Positions 63,590 through 64,000 of a stretch of 64,000 nt of DNA are shown here, one piece after another. Position 1 is the first letter of the stretch; the number at the start of each line of letters is the position of its first letter. The stretch is from Ginglymostoma cirratum. Taxonomy: Eukaryota. Where the stretch lies: NCBI GenBank assembly GCA_024137785.1, contig JAHRHZ010000030.1, positions 29,483,382-29,547,381 on the forward strand, in the 5' to 3' direction. Under the pieces are notes generated by a model, which searched no databases, was not told the origin of the DNA, and saw nothing but the letters and a program-made list of their open reading frames with translations. A program made the position numbers and the translations under genes.

Positions 63590-63860
63590 TAACAGAGTTG
63601 CACAGCAAAGATCCTTTGGTTCAACTCGTCCATGCCAACCAGATATCCTAAATTAATCTAGTCCCATTTGCCAGCACTTGGCCCATATCCCTCTAAACCC
63701 TTCCTATTCATGTACCCATTCAGATGCCTTTTAAATGTTGTAATTGTACCAGCCTCCGCCACTTCCTCTGGCATACATGCACAACCCATTGCATGAAAAA
63801 GTTAGGTCCCTTTTAAATCTTTCCCCCCCTCACCTTAAACACCTGCCCTCCAGTTTTGGG
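63590..63860 (-). mobile_element. CR1-type LINE 3' end
   Basis: Closely similar to 12566-12860. Confidence 0.88.
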
Positions 63861-64000
63861 CTTTTTTCTTTTAAGGTTCATGGAAAGCAATCATGTTGCA
63901 GGATTTGAGAGCCTATTTAGCAAATGGACATTCCATTAGGAGAGTATTTATAAATATGCTTGATTTAATGGAAGTTTCATCAGCTACCAGCCACAAGTAC

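Overview
Eukaryotic, intron-rich, repeat-rich DNA, most likely from a shark (inferred from HE1/V-SINE-type SINEs and CR1-type LINE tails). Two genes lie in tandem on the minus strand. The first is the 3' part of DNAJC13/RME-8: 22 coding exons from the J-domain HPD exon at 63409 to the stop at 21115, about 926 aa, with a poly(A) signal at about 20405. The second is the 5' part of TOPBP1: a CpG-rich E2F/ETS promoter at about 14.2-14.8 kb, ATG at 11886, and 9 coding exons down to 728 (about 502 codons); it continues past the window start. All exons have GT/AG boundaries and phases that join in frame. Introns and the intergenic gap contain CR1, L2, RTE, SINE and LTR-like remnants. The most notable non-genic signal is Penelope-like (PLE). 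About a dozen short (~150-250 bp) elements or fragments occur; the best preserved are fold-back palindromes with a minimal type I hammerhead ribozyme motif (CUGANGA-stem II-GAAA-CGUU), a ~35-nt unpaired tail and, in three cases, 14-17 bp target-site duplications. A 2.9-kb decayed RT + GIY-YIG PLE shows the same inverted-3'-end architecture. Also seen are a 130-bp locally templated insertion inside a nested repeat, an inverted duplication in a DNAJC13 intron, and a DNAJC13-TOPBP1 adjacency that differs from human. Gene and repeat family calls rest on recalled sequence similarity, not database searches; repeat boundaries are approximate.
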